64,000 bases of DNA from Pseudomonadota bacterium (GTDB taxonomy: Bacteria > Myxococcota > JACRCW01 > JAFGSX01), in NCBI GenBank assembly GCA_043821645.1, contig JBDRCO010000051.1, positions 184,928 through 248,927 of the forward strand, read 5' to 3'. This document shows, piece after piece, positions 9,457 through 19,794 of the stretch. Within the stretch, counting starts at the first letter, position 1. Each line of letters starts with the position of its first letter. The notes beneath the pieces were generated by a model, which worked only from the letters and a program-made list of their open reading frames with translations, did no database searches and had not been told where the DNA came from. The translations under genes and the position numbers were made by a program.

Positions 9457-9750
9457 GTGTTCACTCCTCGTCGCAGGTCAAGGCGGCGCAGTATTTCAAA
9501 CCCGCCCCGAGAGGTCCAGCCAGAGGAGGCAGGATCACCCAGCAGGAACCCTTCCAGGACAGGCAGTGGGGGGCCCTACGGTCCCCCGGTCGCCGGATTG
9601 GCAGCAGAGTAAAGAATGCTCACCTGGTTCGTCACGGCGCCGACAGCACCGAGAACGCGCTTGCGATCTTCGATCGAAGCGGTCAATTTGACCGGGCTCG
9701 ACACCCTTGTGGATATTCAGAGTCCGGTCTCGAGCATCCGAGGTGAGCGC

Positions 9751-11136
9751 ATGCGACGGATTGGTGAACCGGGCTGGGCCTTCGGACTGCTGATCGTGCT
9801 CGCCACGAGCTGCGGTCCGGATGCATCTGAGATGACCTCTTGGATGGAACCCGCCAGCGCCGAGAGCGCCATCGTCAACGGCACGCGCGAGCCCCAAACC
9901 GTGGCGTTGAGCGACAGGCAGATCCGGGCCATCGGCTGGCTGTACGACCCCCGGGATCCCTCCTTCGCCTTCTGCACCGGGACCCTGATCAGCCCACGCA
10001 TCGTCGTCACCGCCGAGCACTGCGTCAGCGGGACAAGCCCCGGCAGCATCGGCTTCGGCGTGGGTCAGGACCCGGCCACCGCCGAGGACCTGGTGCCCTC
10101 GGTGGCCGCCTTCGCAAACCCCGATCACGACGTCGCCCTCCTCCTGCTCGAGAGGGACCTGATACCGGGCAAGATCGCCATCGAACCCTTGCCCTTCAAC
10201 CTGACCCCCGTCGACAGCACCCTGGTGGGGCACGCGGTTCAGGCTGGCGGCTACGGAGAAACCCGGGATCCGCTCCGCTCGGGCCGCTGGTTCGCGACGG
10301 TGTACGTCTCCGAACTCAGCACAGACGAGATCGTGGTCGATGGGCGCGGCATCCAGGGCATCTGCTATGGCGACTCGGGCAGCGCTCTCATCGACCTCGA
10401 CGCGCAAGGCCAGCCCTTCGTGCTGGCGGTCGAGTCCTGGGGCGACGACACCTGCACGGGCATCGACCACCTGGCGCGCCTCGACCTGGTCCAGGACTGG
10501 ATGATGCCCATCCTGGCTGGCGAATACCCCCCGGATCCCTGCCAGGGCGTGTCTGCAGAAGGCAGGTGTGACGGTGACATCGCCCTGTCCTGCCGCAACA
10601 GCAACCTGGTCAGCGTCGACTGCACGACTCTGGGCACGACGTGCAGCTACGTGGCCACGGCCGAGCGCTTTGCCTGCACCTGTGGCGATCTCACGGATGT
10701 CGGCCGCTGCGCCGGCGACATTCTCGAGACCTGCCGCGATGGTCGCATCTCGAGTTCGGACTGCGCCGGACGCGGACGCTCGTGTGGGTTCGACTCGGCG
10801 CGCGGGAGCTATCGCTGTATCGATGCCGCCGTGTGCCGGCCCGAGGACGAGGGCGGACGCTGCGAAGGTGACACGCTCATCTCCTGCACGGCTTCGGTCA
10901 CCTCGCGGGAACTGTGTGGGGTCAACGGGCAGCGCTGCGAGGCGACGTCCGTCGGGTTCGCCTGCGTCGCCCCGGTCCAGGATGCGGGTCCGGCGGCCGA
11001 CAGTGGCGACGACTCACCCCCTCCGGCCGGGGACGGCTGCGGCTGCGGGATACAGCCCGGGTCCCCTGCGGGCAATGGCGTTGCGCTTGTGCTGCTGCTC
11101 GGGCTGCCGCTCGTTGCGCGGCGCCGTTTCGCCTGA
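9751..11136 (+). CDS. Trypsin-like (S1) serine protease with Cys-rich repeats and a MYXO-CTERM tail
   Basis: IVNG, TAEHC, HDVALL and GDSGS catalytic motifs; repeated GRCxGDxxxxC units; GCGC + TM + RRR; lipobox-like LATSC. Confidence 0.9.
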   Translation: MRRIGEPGWAFGLLIVLATSCGPDASEMTSWMEPASAESAIVNGTREPQTVALSDRQIRAIGWLYDPRDPSFAFCTGTLISPRIVVTAEHCVSGTSPGSIGFGVGQDPATAEDLVPSVAAFANPDHDVALLLLERDLIPGKIAIEPLPFNLTPVDSTLVGHAVQAGGYGETRDPLRSGRWFATVYVSELSTDEIVVDGRGIQGICYGDSGSALIDLDAQGQPFVLAVESWGDDTCTGIDHLARLDLVQDWMMPILAGEYPPDPCQGVSAEGRCDGDIALSCRNSNLVSVDCTTLGTTCSYVATAERFACTCGDLTDVGRCAGDILETCRDGRISSSDCAGRGRSCGFDSARGSYRCIDAAVCRPEDEGGRCEGDTLISCTASVTSRELCGVNGQRCEATSVGFACVAPVQDAGPAADSGDDSPPPAGDGCGCGIQPGSPAGNGVALVLLLGLPLVARRRFA

Positions 11137-11149
11137 GGTCCACACCCGC

Positions 11150-11839
11150 ATGCGCTGGATCCAGTTCGAGCAAGCCCACCGTCGCAAACACTTCGAGTTC
11201 TTCCGCGACCTCAACCATCCCCACTTCTCCGTGTGTGCCCAGGTCGAGATCGGGACCTGGGCCGCTGCGCTTCGCACCCGGGGCTGGCGTCTCAACACGG
11301 GCCTGGTGTACCTGCTGGCGCGTGCCGCCAACGACATCTGCGAGTTCAGGCAGCGCCTGCGCGAGCAGGGCGTGGTGGAGCACGAGGTGGTGCACCCATC
11401 GTTCGCGGTGACCACGGAGGCCACCGACGTGTTCAGCTTCTGCGAGGTTGCGTTTTCCGAGGACGCCGGCGCGTTCATGGCGCGCGCGGTGCAGACCATC
11501 GAGGCCAGGCATCTGGACCCCTCCATGGACGATGTGCCCGGTCGCGACGACTACCTGTTCATGTCGGCCTTCCCCTGGGTCGCGTTCACCTCCGTGTCCC
11601 ATCCCATGCAGTACCATCCGCACGACTCGGTACCTCGCATCACCTGGGGCAAGTTCGTCGACAGCGGAGGCCAGCTCCGGATGCCGCTGTCGGTGCAAGC
11701 CCACCATGCTCTCGTCGATGGCGTGCACATGGGCCGCTACTTCCAGCGGGTCGAGGAACTGGCCAGCATGCCGGACCTCGTCCTCGCAGCGGACGCGAGA
11801 CAGGAGCCCTCGCCAGCGTGCCCGTTCGATGTGAGATGA
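11150..11839 (+). CDS. CatA-like (chloramphenicol) O-acetyltransferase family protein
   Basis: RRKHFEFF, SAFPWVAFTS, PRITWGKF, and catalytic MPLSVQAHHALVDGVH. Confidence 0.9.
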   Translation: MRWIQFEQAHRRKHFEFFRDLNHPHFSVCAQVEIGTWAAALRTRGWRLNTGLVYLLARAANDICEFRQRLREQGVVEHEVVHPSFAVTTEATDVFSFCEVAFSEDAGAFMARAVQTIEARHLDPSMDDVPGRDDYLFMSAFPWVAFTSVSHPMQYHPHDSVPRITWGKFVDSGGQLRMPLSVQAHHALVDGVHMGRYFQRVEELASMPDLVLAADARQEPSPACPFDVR

Positions 11840-11846
11840 GATAGGA

Positions 11847-13685
11847 CTAGCGCACCGGATCCACGACCACCGTCAAGCTATCGCCCGCGCCCTGGGCATA
11901 GATCTGCACACCCTTGCGATGCTCGATGACGATGTTGACGTACGAGCGAAGACTGCCCTCGACCTCGGGGCTGATGTACTGCACCGGGCCTCCGGCATCC
12001 CGCAGGTCTATCGACCTCAGCAGCCGCAGGTCGTAGATCACCGTATCCCACAGGGTCAGGACCACGGAGCGGTTGTCCCGCCGGTTGAGGGAGTAGCGGG
12101 CACCACCAGGCACCGTGATCTGAACCTTCCCGGCTTCCCCGACCTGACGGTAGCGAACATCGCCGATCTCCTTGGGACGCACCGCTTCCCCGTCGTCAAG
12201 AGCGTCGCTGGCGGTCGGGATCCCGGCCTCGACCCGTCGAAAGCGGCCACTGTGGAGCACCTCGGCAGGGCGTTCAGCCGGTGTGGTGGTGCGGACAGCA
12301 ACCCGGGTCTCCTGGGGTTGAGGCACGAGCGTCGCCTTGGGAGGGACACTCGGCGCAGGTTTCGGTGTGGCGACCACGACCGGCGCAGGAGCAGGAGCAG
12401 GCGCGACGACCACTGGAGCCGGTGGCACCGGCGCAGCGACCGCGGGCCGCGTGGTGACCGGGGGCGGCGTTGCTCTGGCGTTTGTCTGGCCACCTCCAAA
12501 ACCCGGCTCGGCGCTCGCTGCGATCACCGGGGACGCCGCCTGAACGCGCTGCTGGGCCAGCAAGGTCTGGTTCTCCTTTTCCAGCTTGCTGGCCTGAGCG
12601 GTCAGGCGCTTCTTGTCCTCCTCGGCCTGGGACAGAGCCTGGAGCAGGCGCTGGCGCTCGGCCTCGATGCGCGCTGTCTCCGCTGAAGCGCGCTGCTTCT
12701 CCTCGGCCAAACGCTGCCGCTCGACCTTGGCCCGGGCAGCCTCCTCGGCGGCCAACCGGTTCGCCGCCTCGGCGCGCTGACGCTGAGCTTCGGCCTGGCG
12801 TGTTTCCTCGACCAGGCGTGCGGCCTCGGCCTCCGCGGCACGGCGCTTTTGCTCCTCGATCTGTCGCTTCTTCTCCTCGGCCAGGCGCTTGTGCTCCTCG
12901 ACCTGTCGTTTCTCCTCGGCGGCGAGTATCTGCGCCTCGCGCTCCGCCGCGAGTCGGCGCGCCTCCTCCTCCCGCTTGGCCGCGGCCTGCTCTGCCTCTA
13001 TCCGTCGAGCCTCTGCCTGAACACGCTTCGCCTCTGCTTGAACGCGCTTCGCCTCCTCCTGCAAGCGCCGCTCTTCCTCGACGCGACGAGCAGCCTCGGC
13101 CTTCTGGGCAGCCTCTTCGGCCCGCCGCCTGTCGTCGGCATTGCGCCGCGCCTCGGCCGCCGATCGCTGCTGCTCGAGCTCCGCCACGCGCTGATCTTCC
13201 TGCGCCTTCCGGGCCGCAGCCTCGGCGCGCTGGGCCGTCTCGGACAGGCGCCGGGTCTCGGCCTGGCTCCGTGCGGCCACGGCTTCGTCGCTCTCACCGT
13301 CCAGGAACAGAGCCAGCACGATGACATTACGCTCCGTGCGAACGTCGTACACGGCCCCTTCGTCGACGGAAAAATGCAGGCGCGCCAGAGCACCTGTCGC
13401 ACTCTGGGCCTGCTCGAATTGCACCTTGCGCACAGGTGGCACAGGAGGCAGGTCCGCGTTGAGGTGCCCAGGCACTTCGGTGGCCAGCATCTCGATGACC
13501 ACGCGCCGCGGGCTGAGCGCGTCGTAGACCTGGAAGATGGGCGCCTCGCTGCAGGTGATGCGGACCCTGGCTCCACCAGGTCGGACCTCATCGCGGAGCA
13601 GCTGTACCTTCTGGATCTGATTGACAGCCCGGGCCGGCACGGCCACGACCATCAGAGCAAGTGCGAGCCACAGGGTGCGTCTCAT
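11847..13685 (-). CDS. Secreted protein with AMIN domain(s), a long TolA-like coiled coil and a Pro-rich linker
   Basis: Signal peptide ending VPARA; AMIN-like PRRVVIEM...VRKVQFEQ; about 250 aa rich in E/A/R/K; C-terminal AMIN-like beta domain. Confidence 0.7.
   Translation of the reverse strand: MRRTLWLALALMVVAVPARAVNQIQKVQLLRDEVRPGGARVRITCSEAPIFQVYDALSPRRVVIEMLATEVPGHLNADLPPVPPVRKVQFEQAQSATGALARLHFSVDEGAVYDVRTERNVIVLALFLDGESDEAVAARSQAETRRLSETAQRAEAAARKAQEDQRVAELEQQRSAAEARRNADDRRRAEEAAQKAEAARRVEEERRLQEEAKRVQAEAKRVQAEARRIEAEQAAAKREEEARRLAAEREAQILAAEEKRQVEEHKRLAEEKKRQIEEQKRRAAEAEAARLVEETRQAEAQRQRAEAANRLAAEEAARAKVERQRLAEEKQRASAETARIEAERQRLLQALSQAEEDKKRLTAQASKLEKENQTLLAQQRVQAASPVIAASAEPGFGGGQTNARATPPPVTTRPAVAAPVPPAPVVVAPAPAPAPVVVATPKPAPSVPPKATLVPQPQETRVAVRTTTPAERPAEVLHSGRFRRVEAGIPTASDALDDGEAVRPKEIGDVRYRQVGEAGKVQITVPGGARYSLNRRDNRSVVLTLWDTVIYDLRLLRSIDLRDAGGPVQYISPEVEGSLRSYVNIVIEHRKGVQIYAQGAGDSLTVVVDPVR
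13009..13050. repeat. 21-bp tandem duplication encoding a coiled-coil heptad (EAKRVQA twice)
   Basis: GCCTCTGCCTGAACACGCTTC followed by GCCTCTGCTTGAACGCGCTTC (2 mismatches). Confidence 0.8.
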
Positions 13686-13826
13686 CGGTGTGACCCCCGA
13701 CGCCACCTGGCGCCATCCCTCTCCATTATCATGAATCGTCCCACACCCAAGTTTTTGACCATGCCCGGCATGGCACCGGGCAGCGCCGGATAGGCCAAAC
13801 CAGGGTGCCGGCGAGCTGGCGCGGCC

Positions 13827-16229
13827 TCACCGGGTCGTACGCGCCAGCAAGCCGGGATCGAGGTCGAGTTGTTCCGCCAGTCGCTCGAGCAGGACGCGCT
13901 GACCCTGTATGGTTTTCTCGTCGAGCAGGAGCAGCGCATTCTGCGCCGTCCACAGGTTGGGCGTCAGCTCGAGGGCACGCGAGGCCTGCATCAGCTGGAG
14001 GGCGACCCGGGTGGCGGCCTCGGCGTCCTGACCGGCCTGGACCCGCGCGATGGCCAGCGTCAGCTCCGACTCGAGGATGAGAGCCAGCTTGCGTCGACGC
14101 TCCCGGGGCAGCTTGTAGCCGCGCTCGGCCAGATCCTGGACCCGGTGCAGGTTGTCGTCGTCCAGGTCCTGCAGAGCGCGCACGAGTTCCTGCTCGATGT
14201 AGATCTCCGCAGCCAGACGCATCGCCGGGGGCAGAGGGTAACCGAGTCGCCACAAGCGCTCGACCACCGGCAGGTCAGGTTGCACGAGGCTGCTCAGCAT
14301 GGAGCGGTAGGTGGCCACGCGCTCGCTCAGGATGATACCCACAAGACGCTGTCTCTCCCGGGCGAACAGGTCGTTCAGCTTGAACGAATCGCGAACGAAC
14401 ACGGCGCGCAGCGCATCGTACACATCACCGAGCGAGGCGTCCCGGAACAGTTGCCTAGCCTGCTCCCGGATCTGCTGAAAATGCTCGCCGTCAAGATCGC
14501 GGCGCACCCAGGCGTGCATGTCGAGCCCACCGAAGTGCAGCACGGCACAGGCCGCCTCGCAGCTTTCTCCGGTCAGCCGCGACGCCACGCGAACCCGCGC
14601 CAGCCCGAGATGGGTATCGCCCAGAGTGTCGACGTGTGCTTCGAGGTGTTCCACATCGTAGGCGTAGACCTGGGCACGACCCTCGCCCTGCTCGAACACG
14701 GTTTCGATGACGTCGTGCGCGACCACCCTTTCGAGATCGACCCGGGACGGACGCACCAGCTCCCGCCACACCCCGGCGCCATTGCCATAAGCGGGGATGT
14801 TGCTCTCGGCAGACTCCAGCCGCTTGACAAAGCGCGCCTCGAGCTCCGGTGCGTGGCGCTCACACAGCTGCAGCGCGCGGGCGGCATAGCGCAGGATCTG
14901 CGTGCCCTCCAGACCTGACAACTCGTCGAAGAACCAGCCGCAGCTGGTGAACATGAGCATGCCGTGGCGCTGCATCTCGAGCAGGGTCAGGGCACGCTCC
15001 CGGGCCTCGTCGGTCCGGGGGCCTCGCAGGTGACGTTGCAGGAACCCATTCACCGTCTCGTCGCTGCGATCGAGCACCACGTGGATGTAGTCGTCCCGGG
15101 CCAGCCAGGGCTCCCCGAGCCAGTGCTGGCCCTCGCGCTCGAACACGGCGTCGAGCTCGCCCTTGAGCATGTCCAGTGCCTCGCGCAGTGGCGTGCGCCA
15201 GCGCTGATGAAAATCTGGTGTCCCGGCGTTGCATCCACAGTCCGAGCGCCAGCGTTCCACGCCATGGGCGCAGCTCCACGAAGATCGCTCATGGATCTCG
15301 ACCTCGCGCGTCGGTGGGTGGCGCTCGAGGAAGGTTGCATAGTTCGCCAGTTCGGCCTTTCCGCTCCGGGCAATGCGGTCCAGGGCAAAGGCCAGGGCCA
15401 TGTCACCGAAGCGATGATGATGGCCGTAACTCTCGCCGTCGGTGGCCACATGGACGATCTGCGGCTCGGGGTTGCTGGCGTCGTGGCCCGCCAGCAGGGC
15501 CTCGGCGAGGGCATCGCCGCTGTTGAGCAGACCCCCGAAAGCGATGCCGTGGGCGATGCTGCCATCATAGAAGAACAGCGCGAGCTCGCGACCGGACGGC
15601 AGCGAGATGCGGTAGGCGTAGCGTGGATCGATGCCGTGCTCTCCGCCCTCGACCCATTCTCGGGCGCCGATCGTGCGCCAGCGCCGCGCCTGCCGTGGCG
15701 CCAGCACGGTGAAGCGCAGGCCTTGTTCAGCCAGGGCCTCCAGGGTGTCGAGGTCGACGGCGGTCTCGGGGAGCCACATGCCCTCGGGGTCCCGGCCGAA
15801 GCGGTGGCGAAAATCGGCGACACCCCAGCGGACCTGGGTGCGGCGATCGCGCGGGCTGGCCAGCGGCATGATCATGTGGCTGAAGGCCTGCGCCATGGCA
15901 TTGCCGTGACCACCCAGGCGGGCAGCGCTGGCCTTGTCACCGTCGACGATGCGCTGCAGCGCCGGGGCGTCGTGCTCGGCCATCCAGGACAGCAGCGTCG
16001 GACCGAAGTTGAAGCTGATGTGACTGTAGTTGTTGGCGACCCGTATCACGCGACCGGAGGCTCCCCGGATCCGCGACAGGCCATTCGGCGCATAGCACTC
16101 GCTGCTGATGCGAGCATTCCAGTTCTCGAAGGGTGCCGCGGAGTCCTGGGGCTCGATGGCCTCCAGCCACGGGTCCTCGCGAGGCGGTTGGTAGAAGTGA
16201 CCATGGACACACAGGATGGGGGTACTCAT
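13827..16229 (-). CDS. Glycoside hydrolase family 57 / DUF3536 protein
   Basis: HGHFYQPPRE, SFNFGPTLLSW, GMWLPETAVD, ATDGESYGHHH, SWSCAHGVERW, MFTSCGWFFD. Confidence 0.93.
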   Translation of the reverse strand: MSTPILCVHGHFYQPPREDPWLEAIEPQDSAAPFENWNARISSECYAPNGLSRIRGASGRVIRVANNYSHISFNFGPTLLSWMAEHDAPALQRIVDGDKASAARLGGHGNAMAQAFSHMIMPLASPRDRRTQVRWGVADFRHRFGRDPEGMWLPETAVDLDTLEALAEQGLRFTVLAPRQARRWRTIGAREWVEGGEHGIDPRYAYRISLPSGRELALFFYDGSIAHGIAFGGLLNSGDALAEALLAGHDASNPEPQIVHVATDGESYGHHHRFGDMALAFALDRIARSGKAELANYATFLERHPPTREVEIHERSSWSCAHGVERWRSDCGCNAGTPDFHQRWRTPLREALDMLKGELDAVFEREGQHWLGEPWLARDDYIHVVLDRSDETVNGFLQRHLRGPRTDEARERALTLLEMQRHGMLMFTSCGWFFDELSGLEGTQILRYAARALQLCERHAPELEARFVKRLESAESNIPAYGNGAGVWRELVRPSRVDLERVVAHDVIETVFEQGEGRAQVYAYDVEHLEAHVDTLGDTHLGLARVRVASRLTGESCEAACAVLHFGGLDMHAWVRRDLDGEHFQQIREQARQLFRDASLGDVYDALRAVFVRDSFKLNDLFARERQRLVGIILSERVATYRSMLSSLVQPDLPVVERLWRLGYPLPPAMRLAAEIYIEQELVRALQDLDDDNLHRVQDLAERGYKLPRERRRKLALILESELTLAIARVQAGQDAEAATRVALQLMQASRALELTPNLWTAQNALLLLDEKTIQGQRVLLERLAEQLDLDPGLLARTTR

Positions 16230-16381
16230 GGCGCGAGCATCGTCGCGCGCCCCGCACCGGGTCAAGCGCGGACGCTGTGCGGGTGCGCCATCCTGGTGCA
16301 TGTCCATACCGACCCTGCGCCGACCTGGAGCACCGCGCAGCGGCGATGCCAACGCAGCGTCGAGAAATCACCCCGCGGCGC

Positions 16382-16397
16382 TGGCACCATGCTTGCT
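16382..16397 (+). promoter_or_regulatory. sigma54 (-24/-12) promoter
   Basis: TGGCAC-CATGC-TTGCT matches the TGGCAC-N5-TTGC consensus. Confidence 0.7.
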
Positions 16398-16527
16398 CAT
16401 CAAGGCGTGCATGAACAGCAACCTCGCAGGCACAACCGAGCTGGTCCACGGCCCCCCGCCGGGGCGTGCGCACCATCACAGGAGGCGCCCCTTGCGTCAG
16501 GCCCTGCGTACGGACTATTCCTCGGCC

Positions 16528-17997
16528 ATGCCGATCCAGGAACACCCCACGGTGCTGCAATCCGTGGCCGAACTGCTGGGCAAGCAGGTGGCCACCGACC
16601 GCCTGCTCCGGGTCATGGTCGATCGCGTGGTCGAGGAACTCGACGCCCAGCGAGGCACGCTGTGGCTCGTCGACGCAGAGACAGGCGCGCTGCGCAGCAG
16701 GGTGGCGCACCTGCCCGAGCTGGACGAGATTCGCCTCGATCCCGGACAGGGTGTGGCGGGCTTCGTGGCGGAGACCGGCGAGAGTGTGGTGGTGCCCGAT
16801 GCCTCGGCCAACGTGCACTTCTTCCCGGGTGTCGACCGGGTCACGGGCTTCACCACCCGCAACATGCTGTGCGTACCGGTGCGCGATGGTCAGGGCGCCA
16901 TTCGCGGTGTGTTGCAGGTGCTCAACCGTCGCCGGGGTGACTTCGACCAGCACGACAAGGAGCTGTGCTGGGAGCTGGCAGATCAGGTTGCGCAAGCGCT
17001 GCTGCTGACCTCGCTGCGGCCCTCCGGGGGACGCGCACGCGGCCTGGTCCTCGATGGTCCCTTCAACAACATCATTGGCGATTCCCCCGCCATGCAGGCT
17101 CTGTACGAACGCGTGCTGGCCGCGGCTTCCACCGAGGTCACCGTGCTCCTGCTCGGCGAGAGCGGCACTGGCAAGACCCTGATCGCCCGTGCCATCCATG
17201 ACAACAGCGAGCGCAAGGAAGGGCCCCTCATCCACGTCGACTGCACGACCCTGCCTGCGGGTCTCATCGAAAGCGAGCTGTTCGGTCACGAGCGCGGCGC
17301 GTTCACGGGCGCCGATCGACGGGTACAGGGAAAGTTCGAGCTGGCCCAGGGTGGCACCCTGTTCCTGGACGAGATCGGCGATCTGCCCATGGCCCTGCAG
17401 GGCAAGCTGCTGCGCTTCTTGCAGGAGCACTGCTTCGAACGCCTGGGCGGCCGCCAGACCCTGCATGCCGATGTGCGCGTGATCTCGGCCACCAATGCTG
17501 ATCTGGAGCAGCTCGTGGCCGAGGGCAAGTTCCGCCGCGATCTGTACTACCGGTTGCGCGTGGTCGAGATGCGGGTGCCCTCGCTGCAGGAGCGCGGCCC
17601 GCGCGACATCGGTCGCCTGGCCGAGCATTTTCTCGATCTGTACGCGCGGCGCCATCGCCGCCCGGCCCGGGCACTCAGTGACGACGCCCTGCGGCAGCTG
17701 CTGGCCCACGACTGGCCCGGGAACGTGCGCGAACTCGAGCACTGCATCGAGAGCGCGGTGGTGCTGGCCCGAGACGAGCTGATCCGACCGGAGCAACTGT
17801 CCTTGCCTGGCCACGGCGCCGCGACCAGCGGGGGCGTCGGCTATACACCCGGCACACGCCTCGACGAGGTCGAGCGCGATCACATCCTGCGCACCGTCGA
17901 GGCCTGCCAGGGCAACCAGAGTGAGGCTGCGCGCCTGCTGGGCATAGGCCGTAATACCCTGGCGCGAAAGCTCAAGGAGGACTCGCGTCCGGCCTGA
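16528..17997 (+). CDS. GAF-domain sigma54-dependent transcriptional activator (NifA/FhlA-like)
   Basis: GAF domain, [29 protein letters not shown], Fis-type HTH. An alternative in-frame TTG start at 16492 follows GGAGG. Confidence 0.95.
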   Translation: MPIQEHPTVLQSVAELLGKQVATDRLLRVMVDRVVEELDAQRGTLWLVDAETGALRSRVAHLPELDEIRLDPGQGVAGFVAETGESVVVPDASANVHFFPGVDRVTGFTTRNMLCVPVRDGQGAIRGVLQVLNRRRGDFDQHDKELCWELADQVAQALLLTSLRPSGGRARGLVLDGPFNNIIGDSPAMQALYERVLAAASTEVTVLLLGESGTGKTLIARAIHDNSERKEGPLIHVDCTTLPAGLIESELFGHERGAFTGADRRVQGKFELAQGGTLFLDEIGDLPMALQGKLLRFLQEHCFERLGGRQTLHADVRVISATNADLEQLVAEGKFRRDLYYRLRVVEMRVPSLQERGPRDIGRLAEHFLDLYARRHRRPARALSDDALRQLLAHDWPGNVRELEHCIESAVVLARDELIRPEQLSLPGHGAATSGGVGYTPGTRLDEVERDHILRTVEACQGNQSEAARLLGIGRNTLARKLKEDSRPA

Positions 17998-19738
17998 GAC
18001 CGGCATCCTCCGGTCGCTCCCGGTCTCCGACGGTGGCCGTCGCTGACCGAAGGGTCGGAGACGAAGGCGCGACCTGCGCACCCTTCAGGACATAGACCCG
18101 CGCCTGCCCGATCTGGGCCAGGGGGACATAGTTCTCGACGAGAAAGTCGGCCAGGGCCTTGGCCCTGTCGTCCGCCCAGGCCGGTGGTTCGAGGAACAAG
18201 CGCCCCTGCTCCCAGGGCACCAGCACCAGCACATCGGCCGGGCGCTGCAGCAAGGCCTGACGTGTCCGCTCATACTCGACGGGACCGTCGTAGCGCGCGG
18301 TCGCGGGGAGCAGCAGCGTGTCCGGCACCGCCGGAGGCATGGACAGGAAGTACGGCACCGCGCCTTCGGGCACCGCGAACAGGCGGAACTGAGGAAACTG
18401 CAGATGGGTGCGCCGGAGCTGCATGAGCAGCGGACTGCTCGCGATCATGCGAGCATCCACCCAGGGCAGGCCCTCGAGCGCCGGGTCCACCTGTCTCATG
18501 CGATGAAACACGGGCACCGGGGACGCACCCTGGACCAGAGTGAGCAGGTGATGAGACACCGCTCCGGTGCCGAGCATCCCCAGCCACAGCAGTGCGCCCC
18601 AGCGGGCCAACCGCTCTCCTCGCCGCGCGCTCTGCCACAGCGACACCCAGCAGACCACGGCCAGGGTCGTGCCGTAAAAAGCCAGGTGCATGACGTCGGG
18701 ACGGCTCCACATGACCACCGTGGTCAGAGCCAGCACGGGTACGAACCAGAGATGCACGCTGCGTTGACGGGCCTTTTCCTGGAGCGCGGTCTTGCCGCCG
18801 ATGGCGACGGCAAGGAGACAGAGCAGGAGCGTCGCGATGGGGGTCAGCGCATCCGCCAGGACCTGCGGTGCGCGGATCCACAGCGGCGCTGCCGTGGTCC
18901 ACAGGCGGGTCATGCGCAGCGGAAGATCGCTCAGGAACCCGAGGTCGTTGACGCCGCCCTTCTGGTGATAGTTGCCGAACACGTACAGCACCGCGGCCTG
19001 GACAAAGGTGCCCACCGCACCCACGCTGACGAGGTAGATCCCCAGCACCGCGATCGGAAGGCTGGCACCGGCAGCCACACTCAGCGCCTGCCCTCTCAGT
19101 GGCGGGTATCGGGCGCCTGGGTGGTCCTGCGATCGCAGGTGCCACCACAGCCCGAGCAGCAGTGCCGCGCCGACGACTCCATGGGTCTGCACCGCGAGGG
19201 CACACAGCGCCCACGCACATCCGGCCATGGCGAGGAGCCACCGCGATCGTGGGCCGGGACCCTGGAGCAGACCGCGGACCAGGAGCAGGGCAGCGACGGA
19301 GAGAAAGAAGCATGCGGTCCAGTGGTGCAGCGGGATCCCCCACACCGGGAAGTACAGCAAAGGCAAGGCCAGGGCGCCGGAAGCAGCCCAGCGGGGGTTC
19401 TGCCCGAGGCTGCGCAGCGTGAAGTACCAGCACAGCGCGGTCGTGACGACGAGGAAGTGAGCGAGCAGCCGCGCAGAGCCTGCACTGGCACCTCCGGTCA
19501 GGTGGAACCAGGTGGCGTAGAGAGCTTCGCCCGCAGGCGGCAGGAACCAGACGTAATCCACGAAGGGGCGCTGGCCCTCGAACAGCCGGCGCGCATTGGT
19601 CAGAAAAATGAACTCATCCCACTGCGGAGGAACCACGGCGGGATCGATGCGCAGCACCAGCGCATAGAGCAGAACGCTGGCTCCTGCGAAAACCAGCAGC
19701 AGCTCGCGTCGTCGCGCACCGTCGTCGAGAAAGCGCAT
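17972..19738 (-). CDS. Polytopic membrane protein, GT-C/ArnT-like glycosyltransferase candidate
   Basis: WDE motif after TM1, G.RPFVD....PP, and many TM helices. The upstream part of the listed 933-aa ORF is spurious. Confidence 0.65.
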   Translation of the reverse strand: MRFLDDGARRRELLLVFAGASVLLYALVLRIDPAVVPPQWDEFIFLTNARRLFEGQRPFVDYVWFLPPAGEALYATWFHLTGGASAGSARLLAHFLVVTTALCWYFTLRSLGQNPRWAASGALALPLLYFPVWGIPLHHWTACFFLSVAALLLVRGLLQGPGPRSRWLLAMAGCAWALCALAVQTHGVVGAALLLGLWWHLRSQDHPGARYPPLRGQALSVAAGASLPIAVLGIYLVSVGAVGTFVQAAVLYVFGNYHQKGGVNDLGFLSDLPLRMTRLWTTAAPLWIRAPQVLADALTPIATLLLCLLAVAIGGKTALQEKARQRSVHLWFVPVLALTTVVMWSRPDVMHLAFYGTTLAVVCWVSLWQSARRGERLARWGALLWLGMLGTGAVSHHLLTLVQGASPVPVFHRMRQVDPALEGLPWVDARMIASSPLLMQLRRTHLQFPQFRLFAVPEGAVPYFLSMPPAVPDTLLLPATARYDGPVEYERTRQALLQRPADVLVLVPWEQGRLFLEPPAWADDRAKALADFLVENYVPLAQIGQARVYVLKGAQVAPSSPTLRSATATVGDRERPEDAGLRPDASPP

Positions 19739-19794
19739 GCTCCGTCCGTGCTTGCTCGCCACGACGATAGTCGATGTCCGCGCCCCGTGCGAGA

